This document shows positions 49,111 to 59,332 of a stretch of 64,000 nucleotides of DNA, in pieces. The DNA lies in the IMG/VR virus record IMGVR_UViG_3300031993_000004, positions 96,001 to 160,000 of that record. The stretch is one strand, 5' to 3'. The translations under genes were made by a program, and so were the position numbers. The DNA comes from a virus. Its lineage: Duplodnaviria; Caudoviricetes. Position 1 is the first letter of the stretch; each line of letters starts with the position of its first letter. The notes beneath the pieces were generated by a model. The model was given only the letters and a program-made list of their open reading frames with translations, did not search any database and had not been told where the DNA came from.

Positions 49111-50073
49111 TCATTCTTCTTCAACTTCATCTGCTCCAGGAACAGGGATCTTCGAAAGCACATCGCGAACATATGCCTCACACGGAGATTTCTTTGAACC
49201 ATCCGGTGCAATGATATCCGCAACAGCATAATCTGCAATCAGATATACCGCGAGTGCAATCAAGAAGTCATACTTTGTGTCCGTATTGGACAGCAGGAGA
49301 TTCACAAGTCCAAGCAGATCGAACTTGTATTGTACCCGTTCGTCTTCTGCATAGAAATCACAGATCTTCTTCTCTGTCGGGAGGAAGAACAGTGACTCTT
49401 CGCGATACTTGTTGATCTTCTTTGCGTTGTACTTCTTCGTGTGAATTGCCTTGAGGAAATCATCCAGCGTGAATGTGGTAGTGACCCACTCAATCAGATC
49501 GTTCATTGTTGCAAACATCTGAATGTGGAGCTTTTGGATTTCCTCAATGTACTTATAGACAGACCAGTAGATGAACACATCATCCACGATGTCGTCCATC
49601 GTCACTTCACCTTTCACAAGAGCGACGATGACCGGATGTGTCTCATTGAGATCTTCACGGATACGCTCTTCAGTGATGCGACGTTTGATTCGACCGTATT
49701 CCGGAACGGTCTCTTCATTTCTGTTGATAAGGAACAACCGCTGTTTCACAAGATCTTCCGGTTCAACAACGTCCGGAGTATCTGTTGGCGCGACGCTATT
49801 CGGGATAATAGAATCGAGCGGAGAGGTTTGCAGTTCGATGTCACTGGTGAATGTCTTGTACTCAGCGTCGAAGGTCTTCTTGTCGAGAATACGATGACGA
49901 CCATTCAACAGTCTGATGTTATGGAACAAGGCATCTGATGCAGCAACTTCGCGAACATATTCCTCAAGCGGTCCTGCAAAGGTCTTGAGTTTCGAGTTCG
50001 GGACATTGAACATCTGAATCTTCCTTCCATTGTAAATTTTGCTGAGGATAACGTTGTGCATAGTATTGCTCAC
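49111..50073 (-). CDS. Hypothetical protein (start uncertain)
   Basis: 320 aa ORF with good codon bias but no RBS at the GTG; see findings. Confidence 0.7.
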   Translation of the reverse strand: MSNTMHNVILSKIYNGRKIQMFNVPNSKLKTFAGPLEEYVREVAASDALFHNIRLLNGRHRILDKKTFDAEYKTFTSDIELQTSPLDSIIPNSVAPTDTPDVVEPEDLVKQRLFLINRNEETVPEYGRIKRRITEERIREDLNETHPVIVALVKGEVTMDDIVDDVFIYWSVYKYIEEIQKLHIQMFATMNDLIEWVTTTFTLDDFLKAIHTKKYNAKKINKYREESLFFLPTEKKICDFYAEDERVQYKFDLLGLVNLLLSNTDTKYDFLIALAVYLIADYAVADIIAPDGSKKSPCEAYVRDVLSKIPVPGADEVEEE

Positions 50074-50224
50074 GGATCGGCTGATAATTGTCGATCACAT
50101 ATGCAATTCCGTTTCTTTCTATCTGCACATGAACGAACATGTCCAGTCTTGTAAACTGGACATGTCCCATTAAACTTGGTGAAGTGATCATTATTTTTCT
50201 GATTCCTTTCATATGGATTTCCCA

Positions 50225-50470
50225 TTAAGAAAGTTCATCGACCAAGTCATCAATCGCCGAAGTGTTCAATACCTGACGTGCGTGTTGAACAGAATCTGCA
50301 TAGCTTGCAGAATATTGCGGAGGTGGTGCTGTTGCACTCATCTGCTGTTGGTGTTGCTCCAGTCTGCGCTTGTTCTGGAGTTTTCGAAGTTCTCGGAGTC
50401 TGTTTACGGTTGGGCGCGGCATCCGTAAGAGTAAATCTAATGGGATACAGTTTCGGAAAAGTTCTCCCAA
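50225..50470 (-). CDS. Probable frameshift-extension ORF of the tail assembly chaperone-like gene
   Basis: TTG start without RBS; the frame stays open upstream to 50557 in the -1 frame of the preceding gene. Confidence 0.5.
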   Translation of the reverse strand: MGELFRNCIPLDLLLRMPRPTVNRLRELRKLQNKRRLEQHQQQMSATAPPPQYSASYADSVQHARQVLNTSAIDDLVDELS

Positions 50471-50475
50471 TTCGA

Positions 50476-52197
50476 TTAGGTCTGCTCCGTCTCGATTAAG
50501 CTTATTTTCGTAGACGACAGCCTCTGAGATAGCTGGAAAAGTAATGAACGTCCGATATCAGGAATCATAAGCCGATCCTCGTGACGTCCGCACTTGTCAC
50601 ATGTGATGTCCTCAAGGAAGAACTGAACCGGCTGGACATCCGCGCCAGCATCTCTGATCAGAGCGATCAATGTACCGGCGTCGACAGTATCGAGAGCAGT
50701 GGTAAGAATCTTCTCAATGTCAGCGAAGTCGGTGTACTTGTACACAGTATCACCAACGATTTTAGACATTGAGAGGATATACATACCATGGCCAGCCAGA
50801 TATGCGAATTCCTCATCGTCGAACTCGTTCTCAGTGTCTTTCTTGTCTTCCGTGTTGAAACGCGCCTCGAGTTCATCCAGCAGCGGATAAACACGATTCA
50901 GATAGTCGTATGCAGACTGACGCGGTTCGATTTCCACAATATACTTGGAATGCGGAAGCTCATAGAACACCACGGAGTTGTTGATTTTTTCGAAGTGCTC
51001 CTTAGCAGCCTTGCCGAACAGCGTGCCAGACTTTTTGAACTCGTATTTCGCCATGAGTTCATCGTTGACGTGCATAATGCTGCGCGGATTGTAATGGATT
51101 TCATGCGGTTCGCGACACTTCGGGTTTCCGCAGAGCAGTGTGATCGGCTCGACCTCATCACAAGAAGAAAGCAAAACGCCGTACAGAAGAATCTGAATGT
51201 CAGCATACTTTGTTTTCTTGAGGAAGTCTTCAAAGTCTGTGAACGGACCGATCGACGGATTGGTGATATGGTTATAAATGATACTCCATGTACGGAGATC
51301 CATATCAGCATTTGATCCGGAACGCCGTGCGGTTGTAAGCTGGATGAATTCCCAGTAAGACATCGGTGTGATTTCACAACGATAACCGGACAGCGGAAGT
51401 GTGATCGGGACAGTTGCTGTCGTGACCTCGAACGGTTGAATGATGTCGGTTCTTTCAGAGTTCAGAATGACACGCTTTGCAGCGAACATATCCTTGTCAG
51501 TCGTCTTGACAATGCGAACATTGACTTTGTGCTCTTCCGACATTTCTTTGACCACATCAGGATCGATGTTAACGGTAACATCCTTACCCTCTTCGGCATT
51601 GATCACGATTTCCGGAGTTGTTTTCTTCGGAATTTCATCCGTTGTTTCGATTTCAGCAGCTGCAGCAGCTTTGTTAGCAGCCTTTTCTGCTTCGGTATAA
51701 CCGTATCTCCAATACTTGAGAACGATCTCTTCAAATTCCGGAGTAACCTTATCACCATTATTGTGATAATATTCGATCAGATCGCCCATTGCATGGTCAC
51801 GGTGCTTCGGATCATCGTCGGTTGATTCCGGAATACAGCCTGCTGTCAGATTCCGGTTTGTAACAACCTTCTGAATCATGTTTCCGACAATCTCCAGAAC
51901 ACTTTCCTGGAATTCAACAGAATCCTTCTGGAATTCCGGATCCAGAGAACGCGGAGGCATTGCTTTCAGCTCAGCCTTAGTTGCTTCAACCTGTGCAGCA
52001 AGTTCTTCTTGATGTGCAATACGTGCAAGTTCTGCCGCTTCATTCTCAGCAGCAATTTCTGCTGCTTGGTCATTCATGCCGAATGGATCATCATCTTCCG
52101 GTTCATCCACCGGCAAATTGACCGCTGCAGCCGAAGGATCTTTTGTCGCCCCATGACGATTCATCAGAGCGTCAAGCGGATCATTGAATTCAGCCAT
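50476..52197 (-). CDS. T4 gp26-like baseplate hub/tail assembly chaperone-like protein with acidic N-terminal extension
   Basis: ITLPLSG, CGNPKC, YELPHS and CDKCG form a duplicated Zn-ribbon pattern. Start MAEFND follows AAAGGAG. Confidence 0.6.
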   Translation of the reverse strand: MAEFNDPLDALMNRHGATKDPSAAAVNLPVDEPEDDDPFGMNDQAAEIAAENEAAELARIAHQEELAAQVEATKAELKAMPPRSLDPEFQKDSVEFQESVLEIVGNMIQKVVTNRNLTAGCIPESTDDDPKHRDHAMGDLIEYYHNNGDKVTPEFEEIVLKYWRYGYTEAEKAANKAAAAAEIETTDEIPKKTTPEIVINAEEGKDVTVNIDPDVVKEMSEEHKVNVRIVKTTDKDMFAAKRVILNSERTDIIQPFEVTTATVPITLPLSGYRCEITPMSYWEFIQLTTARRSGSNADMDLRTWSIIYNHITNPSIGPFTDFEDFLKKTKYADIQILLYGVLLSSCDEVEPITLLCGNPKCREPHEIHYNPRSIMHVNDELMAKYEFKKSGTLFGKAAKEHFEKINNSVVFYELPHSKYIVEIEPRQSAYDYLNRVYPLLDELEARFNTEDKKDTENEFDDEEFAYLAGHGMYILSMSKIVGDTVYKYTDFADIEKILTTALDTVDAGTLIALIRDAGADVQPVQFFLEDITCDKCGRHEDRLMIPDIGRSLLFQLSQRLSSTKISLIETEQT

Positions 52198-52299
52198 GAT
52201 TATATCTCCTTTTTGCGAAAAATTTTTCAAACAGAAATGTATATCATTGAATTGATATACAGAGATACTCTGTATGAAATTATAAAGGGAGTATAGCAT

Positions 52300-53025
52300 A
52301 TGGTTTTATTTAATCGAGATGAACTTCCGGAAATGTATACAAAAACATTGTGGATGAATCCGGATATTGAATATGTGTTTGATAAGAACATCGTCGAGTA
52401 TGATATGCAGTCTGCATCACTGTCGGTATCCCGCAGATTTCATTTGATCCCTGACAAAGAATTGGACCAGATGGTTCGGATGCCAAAAGAGAAACGAACC
52501 AAAGCAATCGGTTTACGCCAGCGTGACGATAAAGAGTTCTCCGAGAACATGATTAATGGAATTCTGCAAACTAGAAAAGAATTCATCGAAATAAATCATT
52601 TGACCGCATCCGAAATCGTTACCTTACATTCAGATGCGTCAATATTCATCCAAAAGCGTCCAGTCATCGCAGACATTGACGGTGTGCCATTCATCAACAA
52701 GAATTGTTGGTCATCCTATTTACGATATGGGCGTGTGGAAATGTTCTATAAGGACGGTGTGATTGATTATAAAGGTATTCCGAAACAGATGTTACAACAG
52801 CACACGCTTGGAATGAATCAGTATCTTCTTAAGATATTCCGCATGCTCGAGGACAAAGATGAGGAGATTTATACGTTTATCACCAGATTCCAAAAACAAT
52901 ATCTCCAAGAACAGTTGCCGGAGTACTATTACATTGCATTCGGTAATACCGGCAAATACAAAGCCGAAAATCTAAATCTATTGTCATTCGTCGCAAACAT
53001 TGTGATGAAAGAGGTGAGGTGTTAA
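52300..53025 (+). CDS. Small DNA-polymerase palm-like protein
   Basis: IVEYDMQSASLS (motif A-like) and IVTLHSDASIF (motif C-like); no exonuclease domain; 241 aa. Confidence 0.5.
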   Translation: MVLFNRDELPEMYTKTLWMNPDIEYVFDKNIVEYDMQSASLSVSRRFHLIPDKELDQMVRMPKEKRTKAIGLRQRDDKEFSENMINGILQTRKEFIEINHLTASEIVTLHSDASIFIQKRPVIADIDGVPFINKNCWSSYLRYGRVEMFYKDGVIDYKGIPKQMLQQHTLGMNQYLLKIFRMLEDKDEEIYTFITRFQKQYLQEQLPEYYYIAFGNTGKYKAENLNLLSFVANIVMKEVRC

Positions 53026-53029
53026 CAAT

Positions 53030-53692
53030 ATGACAATCTATGAGTTTTCATGGAGGCCTTTGAAATATGATCCGATTGTAGAAAAAGATAATCCATATAA
53101 CTCAGTCAAATATGTTCAGACGCATGATGAAAAATTGATGAGGATGTTTCTTACACAGCACGGTTTTGATCCAGATACGCCAAATGTGAAAGTCATTGAA
53201 GATCCGCAATATAATGATGATGATACGATTGCGTTACATACATATCAAATTAGCTCACGGGAACGTGGTAAAGTATATAAAATCACAACAACATATGAAA
53301 TTATGGAGCATATCATAAATGAGATTGCATATGAACTGAATCAAGCCATGACGTTCGGATCATGTGCTCTCAAATGCGAAATTCAATTGTTCGACAGAAT
53401 TCAGGAATTGATGGATGAATTGGACTATGTTTACATTCAAGAAACAAACTCAGCAAATGCGTCTGGATTTGATGAGATGGCAGAATATGGATACTATCGT
53501 GTATCAGGACGCATTCCAGATATTGATTATGAGGAACTATCACGGGATGATCAACGAGATACCGTCTTTGGAGATTTAATCGAAACGGTGAGCGACAATA
53601 AATTATTACCGATTCCGATTACAATCGAATCGTACGTCTCGTTCTTTACAGAAATATATCTTATTGGAAAGGAAGTAAAGAAACATGGCTAA
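53030..53692 (+). CDS. Hypothetical acidic protein
   Basis: 220 aa; GAGGTG RBS. Confidence 0.7.
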   Translation: MTIYEFSWRPLKYDPIVEKDNPYNSVKYVQTHDEKLMRMFLTQHGFDPDTPNVKVIEDPQYNDDDTIALHTYQISSRERGKVYKITTTYEIMEHIINEIAYELNQAMTFGSCALKCEIQLFDRIQELMDELDYVYIQETNSANASGFDEMAEYGYYRVSGRIPDIDYEELSRDDQRDTVFGDLIETVSDNKLLPIPITIESYVSFFTEIYLIGKEVKKHG

Positions 53693-54083
53693 AAAGCCTG
53701 CACCCACATTGGCGGAGTTGGTTGATTCCCATCGACCAAAAAACTTTAAGTACTATTATTATTTCCATGATCCAAAAGATCTGGAACAGCTTGAAGCAAA
53801 TGGGTATGACATAACTACGATTGACACAATTTGCAATCCAGCGTTGATCAAGGCTGCACAATCAGCTTCATTCAAGTACTATGAGCGTGATATCGTTGCA
53901 CATGCCAAAGAACCAACAATCCTTGAAAAAGGTGTCATCATGACAAAGAAGATGGCGACCAAGACGGATAAGAAATTATCACAGGTTGGTGTTGGATTCT
54001 TTGAGTTGAATGACGTTGAGTATGTCGCAGTCAAACTCTGTTATGAGAAATTCGACATCTATGAGATTTTCATATTAACATAA
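53685..54083 (+). CDS. Hypothetical protein
   Basis: 132 aa, overlapping the upstream stop; terminator follows. Confidence 0.7.
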   Translation: MAKKPAPTLAELVDSHRPKNFKYYYYFHDPKDLEQLEANGYDITTIDTICNPALIKAAQSASFKYYERDIVAHAKEPTILEKGVIMTKKMATKTDKKLSQVGVGFFELNDVEYVAVKLCYEKFDIYEIFILT

Positions 54084-54090
54084 AACAAGG

Positions 54091-54128
54091 ATATGTGGGG
54101 GCGCGAGGCCCCCACATATTCTTTTTTT
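54091..54128. terminator. Terminator between convergent genes
   Basis: ATATGTGGGGGC-GCGAG-GCCCCCACATAT followed by a T-tract. Confidence 0.85.
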
Positions 54129-54136
54129 GTTGTTGA

Positions 54137-55243
54137 TTAGCCCGGAGCAGCGTCGGATGCATACGGATTCGAGATATCCGTATAAGTTCCTTCCGGCGTG
54201 TTGTAGATCTTGGAGTGATCGCTCGGTGTGATCGTCGTCTCGGGTTTTGCCTGACGAGAAACACGCTGATTGTTCGTACGGAAAACAGGGATGTTTCCGA
54301 CTCCAGACTGAACAGCGTCGAGGTCCGGTCTCTTGCCCTTGTTGAACATATCGGTGTTGATATCTCCATAGGTGGTAGGATTCGTATCGGTGAAGAATGC
54401 GTCTCCAGCACCAGGGTTGTAGTTCATCTTGTTTCCGAACACGGCGAATTGCTGCACGTATCTGGTCGCAAGATCGTTGACGTATGCAGACTCGACGAAC
54501 TGGCAGTTGTACTGCAGGGTCAGGGTCTGAAGCTGAGATGTACCAGAAGCGTTGGAGTTGAAGATATCGTATCCAACCTTTCCGGACGGCACACAGCCAA
54601 GTGCCATCAGAGCACCCTCAACACGTGCACCGGAACGATCCAGCGCGATGATGAGGAACTCGGCGACTTCCCATGCAGGGGACGGCTCCAGTGCAACAGT
54701 GGATCCACCGCCGTTTGCAGGTGCAAAGATTCTCTGCGGAATACGGTTAGCATCCACAGATCCAGCAACCAGACCATGATAGTGCGTGAGACCAGTGATC
54801 TCATCAGCAATACCATCGATCCACATGTTGTGGAAGTTTGCAGCCGGACGACCAACCAATTCAGGAATGGTAATCTGGAGCGACTGGTTGTTGTTTGCAT
54901 TCTGCTGGGTCGGGATCGGAATGCTTCTGGAAGCAAAGCCGCCCTGCAGGTTCGTCGTTGCCAGCGAATGGTCGCCAGCATTTACCGTAATACCCGTGTT
55001 GTAGTACTCGATGAGCTTCTTATACGTTGCGAACTCTTTGTTCGTGTACGCATTCGAACCTTCGCCGAAGTAATGCATCAGGAAATAGGGTCCACGATAC
55101 ATGACACAGATAACACGGTTTGTAGTCTCGGGGTTGAGACTCCGGAGTGTATGTACATCCGGAGTCAGGCCGCCGAGCATACCTGTGTATTGTGAAAGGT
55201 CTCCGTTGTATTCACGGATACCTGTCTGAAGGCTAATTGCCAT
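54137..55243 (-). CDS. Tail tube protein
   Basis: Directly downstream of the sheath; strong codon bias; ITIPE..G....WIDGI.D..TG tube-like pattern. Confidence 0.7.
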   Translation of the reverse strand: MAISLQTGIREYNGDLSQYTGMLGGLTPDVHTLRSLNPETTNRVICVMYRGPYFLMHYFGEGSNAYTNKEFATYKKLIEYYNTGITVNAGDHSLATTNLQGGFASRSIPIPTQQNANNNQSLQITIPELVGRPAANFHNMWIDGIADEITGLTHYHGLVAGSVDANRIPQRIFAPANGGGSTVALEPSPAWEVAEFLIIALDRSGARVEGALMALGCVPSGKVGYDIFNSNASGTSQLQTLTLQYNCQFVESAYVNDLATRYVQQFAVFGNKMNYNPGAGDAFFTDTNPTTYGDINTDMFNKGKRPDLDAVQSGVGNIPVFRTNNQRVSRQAKPETTITPSDHSKIYNTPEGTYTDISNPYASDAAPG

Positions 55244-55269
55244 GACTATTTCTCTCCTTTCTCAAAGCA

Positions 55270-58200
55270 TTAGACCAACGTAGCACGTCTGTTGACGTTC
55301 ACGATGACCGGGATGCGGAGATTGATGCCACGGAAGACGACGTCGACATAGCAAACAATGAGTTCGCCACCATCAAGCGGATTGATATCGCGCTCGAAGT
55401 GGATATCGAGAGAATCGACAAGGTTGCCGACCCAGTTCGTGAACAGATTGTTCACCTCGTCCTGCATCGTTCTGAGGAACGAATCGTCGTTGTACTCGAA
55501 GAGCTTCTCCTCGAGCTTGTCCTGCAGGATGTAGACAAGCTGAGTGAGGGTTCTCATGTTGGACTCCTGGATCAGGTCGGACGTATCCGAAGATCTGTAC
55601 AGGGTTCTCTGAGAACGACGCATGATTGCACCATTCTTGTCAGGAATCCAGGCGTTACCGCCGGAGTTGTACATGAGCTGACGATAATCCCAGTCAGTGG
55701 TGTCAATGTCCGGGAAGTAGGACGTGTACTCGGTACGATCGATCTTGCTGTACGTGTTGACGAACGGCTTATTGACCGAGAACGTCTGGCAGTGACGGAA
55801 GAGATTGTCGACAATTCTCTTCATATAGGTATACGGCAGACCATCCACGCTGGAGTAGTAACCACCGATATCCCAAGAAGCGTTCGGGTTATTGAAGCGC
55901 TTCTGGAAGGAATTGTTGATCGTGAGTGCCATGGTAGCATCCGTGACACCGGAGTCGAGATGCAACGACATACCGGAACCAGGTCCAACAGGGCGCATAT
56001 CCTCAGGCATACCCGTATAAATACGGTAATCCATCAGATCATACATTGCCTGCTTGACGTCGATTTCAGCACTCTGTGCATTCCAACCAGCAGTCAGATC
56101 AGGCTCGTAGAGAACCTCATCTTTCTCCTCAGCGGTGAAGATGGTAGACGCATTGATCAGATCAGCTGCACTGTACGCCATAGACGGAAGAGCAGACTGA
56201 CCAACAACGGTGTTCCAACCGCCGTCGAAGAGGTACTTCGCAGGAACGCGGTTCGGAGACATGATTCTCGGGTCGATACGGCCGCGGAATGCTTCAACGA
56301 GCAGCTTGGAGTAGTTCCACTTGTACTCGATATCAGACATCTCGGAAGTGCCGTAATCATCGAAGAATCCCGTACTACCATCATGCAACTTCACATCGTC
56401 CGAAGAAGCTGTGACGTTGATACCATAAGAGGTAGAATAGTAGTTCGCCGGAATGTCAATCGCATTCTGCTGCGTGCGATACAAGGAACCGATGGTTCCG
56501 ATGACGGTGAAACGAGTGATCTTCGTTGCAGAACGTGCATCCTGAACGTAAGTGAAATCACCCTGAACCAGCTTGAATGTGAAGCCGCCCAGAACGAGAT
56601 CTGTTGTATCATCCGGAACATTTCTGTCGATGTTCCATTCACCGTTCGAATTCTGATAGTACCAACGCAGAATCTGATCGTTGCTGGAAATATCAGTCAG
56701 AAGCACATAGGCAGAGCCTGTGCTCTTGTAGAACTTCGGATCGGAAGGATCGGTGATATCCTTGAATGCGCTCCACTTCGAAATGTCCGTCGTCTTGTCA
56801 TACTTGCTGGTCTCAGCCAGGTTATAACGTGCGAAGAACTCCGGAGCAGCGAGCTGTCTGTAGTAAGTATTTGCAGCCCAATCCGGTGCAGGATCAGATT
56901 CCGGAACTGCGACATATTCACCGTTCGACTTCGTAAAGTACGTGGTGTATGTCGTGCCCCAGTCTGCCGGCTCACTCATGGTCAGCTCATACTCACTGTA
57001 GTATGCGTCATACAGATCGAGTGCGACGAAGACGGTCATGCCGTTGACGCCGATCGAATTGTTGTAGTAGTTCTTGGAGATTTCCTCATTGGTGAACTCT
57101 TCAAGAGTGATCTTTGTGTCAGCAATTGCCTTAGACGCATTGAAGAGGAAACGATGGCTTTCAGGAATCCAACCGAGAACGCGGTTCTCAATCTTCTTTC
57201 CATCAGCACCAGTGACGGTTTCCTCAACGGTGTCGTTGATGTTGTACGCGACAGCATCGGTCTCAGAGACACAGCATGCATCATACTGAGAACCAACGAC
57301 GTTGGTTGCGACGAGGGTTGTAGTAGTTGGCGGCTGGCCATACTTCAGAACATTTGCGAGAGATCTGTCCTCGACAGTATACTTCACCGCAACGTTCGTG
57401 CCCTCTGCAGGATCCCACTCAGTGAATCCGGCGTTCACCCATACAGGTGTGGTCGGATCGGTCGGAGTAGAGAATGCTGCATCAACGTTGATGCATGTTG
57501 CACCAGCACGGTTGTATGCATCACCGTAACCGGTGCCATACTCACCGCCGACGAGACCAATCACATTGCCGACGTTCTCCATCAGTTTCCATGCGATAAA
57601 GTCATAGCCGTTGACGTTTGCGTTCTCAGGATCATCCGGATTGAAGTATGCAAGGAGTGAAGTTTCGAGATCAGCATTGACTTCAGCAACGTATGCATCA
57701 GTCTTAGCCAGATCAACAGAACCGTCCTTGACATAATACAGATTCCAGGTGCCGGTTTCCGTATTATACCATGCAACAGTATCGTTGTCCTTCACATAGC
57801 CCTTGCGCAGCTTCTTGCAGACTTCGGAGACAAATGTGATTTGCTCCTTAGCCTCGCAGAGATATGCAAGCTTGGAGTCGACGCCAGAGATCGAACGGTC
57901 TGCCGACTTAAAGCGGAGCATATTCGTTCTGACAGTCGTAACACCGCTCGTGTACTGGTTGATGCCAGCAACGATATAGATGTACGGATTGGTGTTAGAA
58001 GTGATTCCGCCGTACAGATACACATCGCCGAGGAATACTGCGTTCGGATCGAACACGCCGCTGTCATCAGTCGGAGCAACCTTGATACCAGTTGTCAGAT
58101 CGACAAGGTATTTGGACACTTCGCCTTCGATGTTGACCGGATGCTCAGGATCTTCAGAATCAGTGTAGTACACTCTCTGAGACTCAGCAAGCTCCGGACG

Positions 58201-59211
58201 GTCAGATGTACGCATGTCAATCTGCAGGAACGGAAGACGTGCGTTCGAATCAGTTCCATCATAGAGATACAGGCCGAAGATCGGATCGAACGTATTCACG
58301 TTCAGAGTCGCGTATACTTCGTTCTCATACTCAGTGAACTTGTTGCTGTTGTCATTCTTCATCTCAGCGTAGTGCTCGCGGTAGACGTTGTACAGCTCCT
58401 GAACTGCTTCCTCATTGAGGAACGGAACAACAACTGACGAACCTTCGACACGCTTACCGATGACGATATTGACCGGATCGATCGCATCATCACGGCTGTT
58501 GCTGATGTTCACCAGAGAAGCGTGGAACTTCTCGGTGACGAGATTGGTCATGCTGTCAATCGTGCTGAAGAGATAACGGACATTTGCCGGTCTCTTTGCC
58601 TGAACAGTCTGTTCGATCGTAGTGGTATATCTGTTATAAGCAGAACCACGACCAGCCGAGACATTGACCAGAAACGCACGGCGTGCATCCCACTTCTCGC
58701 CAGTATCATCCAGGAAGTTGTTCTTCTTGCAGTGCTTCTTGATGTAGTCTGCGAGGCGCTGCTTGTTCTGGAAGTTCACGAGATCCAGATCGTTCTCCAG
58801 AGAGTACGTGCCGTACCGGACATGAAGAAGCTTGTTCTCTCTGTCCCAACGCCATTCGACCGTGATGCAAGAGTATGCATATGTTGCGTCAGGCGGAGTG
58901 ATACGGAGCAGCTGTACAGGAGCTCCCTGATCGATGATGGACAGAGGATACGTGATCGTCTGACCATACTTCTTGATGTCAGAAGCACCGATCTTGCCGA
59001 GACCATATGCAACACTGAGGATATCCGACCGTGTAACCTGAATCACTTTGCCGTCTTCACCCATAGGGAAGCCTGCGACAACGATGGTTCCATACATAGA
59101 CGGATCTTGCGCCACGACAACCGGGAGATCGCCAGTGTACGAAGAATTGTCCACAATGTGAACGAGAGTATGAGGAAATGAATATTTCATCCCAAACTTC
59201 GTATCAAGCAT
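55270..59211 (-). CDS. Contractile tail sheath protein (unusually long, 1313 aa)
   Basis: N-terminal P..G....V....YG and C-terminal SQRTL...SDL.QESNMR...YVDVVF sheath-type motifs; followed by the tube gene; strong codon bias. Confidence 0.8.
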   Translation of the reverse strand: MLDTKFGMKYSFPHTLVHIVDNSSYTGDLPVVVAQDPSMYGTIVVAGFPMGEDGKVIQVTRSDILSVAYGLGKIGASDIKKYGQTITYPLSIIDQGAPVQLLRITPPDATYAYSCITVEWRWDRENKLLHVRYGTYSLENDLDLVNFQNKQRLADYIKKHCKKNNFLDDTGEKWDARRAFLVNVSAGRGSAYNRYTTTIEQTVQAKRPANVRYLFSTIDSMTNLVTEKFHASLVNISNSRDDAIDPVNIVIGKRVEGSSVVVPFLNEEAVQELYNVYREHYAEMKNDNSNKFTEYENEVYATLNVNTFDPIFGLYLYDGTDSNARLPFLQIDMRTSDRPELAESQRVYYTDSEDPEHPVNIEGEVSKYLVDLTTGIKVAPTDDSGVFDPNAVFLGDVYLYGGITSNTNPYIYIVAGINQYTSGVTTVRTNMLRFKSADRSISGVDSKLAYLCEAKEQITFVSEVCKKLRKGYVKDNDTVAWYNTETGTWNLYYVKDGSVDLAKTDAYVAEVNADLETSLLAYFNPDDPENANVNGYDFIAWKLMENVGNVIGLVGGEYGTGYGDAYNRAGATCINVDAAFSTPTDPTTPVWVNAGFTEWDPAEGTNVAVKYTVEDRSLANVLKYGQPPTTTTLVATNVVGSQYDACCVSETDAVAYNINDTVEETVTGADGKKIENRVLGWIPESHRFLFNASKAIADTKITLEEFTNEEISKNYYNNSIGVNGMTVFVALDLYDAYYSEYELTMSEPADWGTTYTTYFTKSNGEYVAVPESDPAPDWAANTYYRQLAAPEFFARYNLAETSKYDKTTDISKWSAFKDITDPSDPKFYKSTGSAYVLLTDISSNDQILRWYYQNSNGEWNIDRNVPDDTTDLVLGGFTFKLVQGDFTYVQDARSATKITRFTVIGTIGSLYRTQQNAIDIPANYYSTSYGINVTASSDDVKLHDGSTGFFDDYGTSEMSDIEYKWNYSKLLVEAFRGRIDPRIMSPNRVPAKYLFDGGWNTVVGQSALPSMAYSAADLINASTIFTAEEKDEVLYEPDLTAGWNAQSAEIDVKQAMYDLMDYRIYTGMPEDMRPVGPGSGMSLHLDSGVTDATMALTINNSFQKRFNNPNASWDIGGYYSSVDGLPYTYMKRIVDNLFRHCQTFSVNKPFVNTYSKIDRTEYTSYFPDIDTTDWDYRQLMYNSGGNAWIPDKNGAIMRRSQRTLYRSSDTSDLIQESNMRTLTQLVYILQDKLEEKLFEYNDDSFLRTMQDEVNNLFTNWVGNLVDSLDIHFERDINPLDGGELIVCYVDVVFRGINLRIPVIVNVNRRATLV

Positions 59212-59332
59212 TATTTTTTCTCTCCTTTTCTATAGATTTTGGATATTGTAATTACGAGGAAACAGCATGAAGAATCGCGTTTCATGCGGGAATAACCTCA
59301 CAATTATCATTTTGTGTGAGGTATATTAATAG

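Noticed and set aside
55399-57660. 753-aa plus-strand ORF (also 54215-55195, 57841-58437, 58522-59181)
   Set aside because: Antisense shadows of the strongly codon-biased sheath and tube genes; no RBS; unnatural R/V/I-rich composition.
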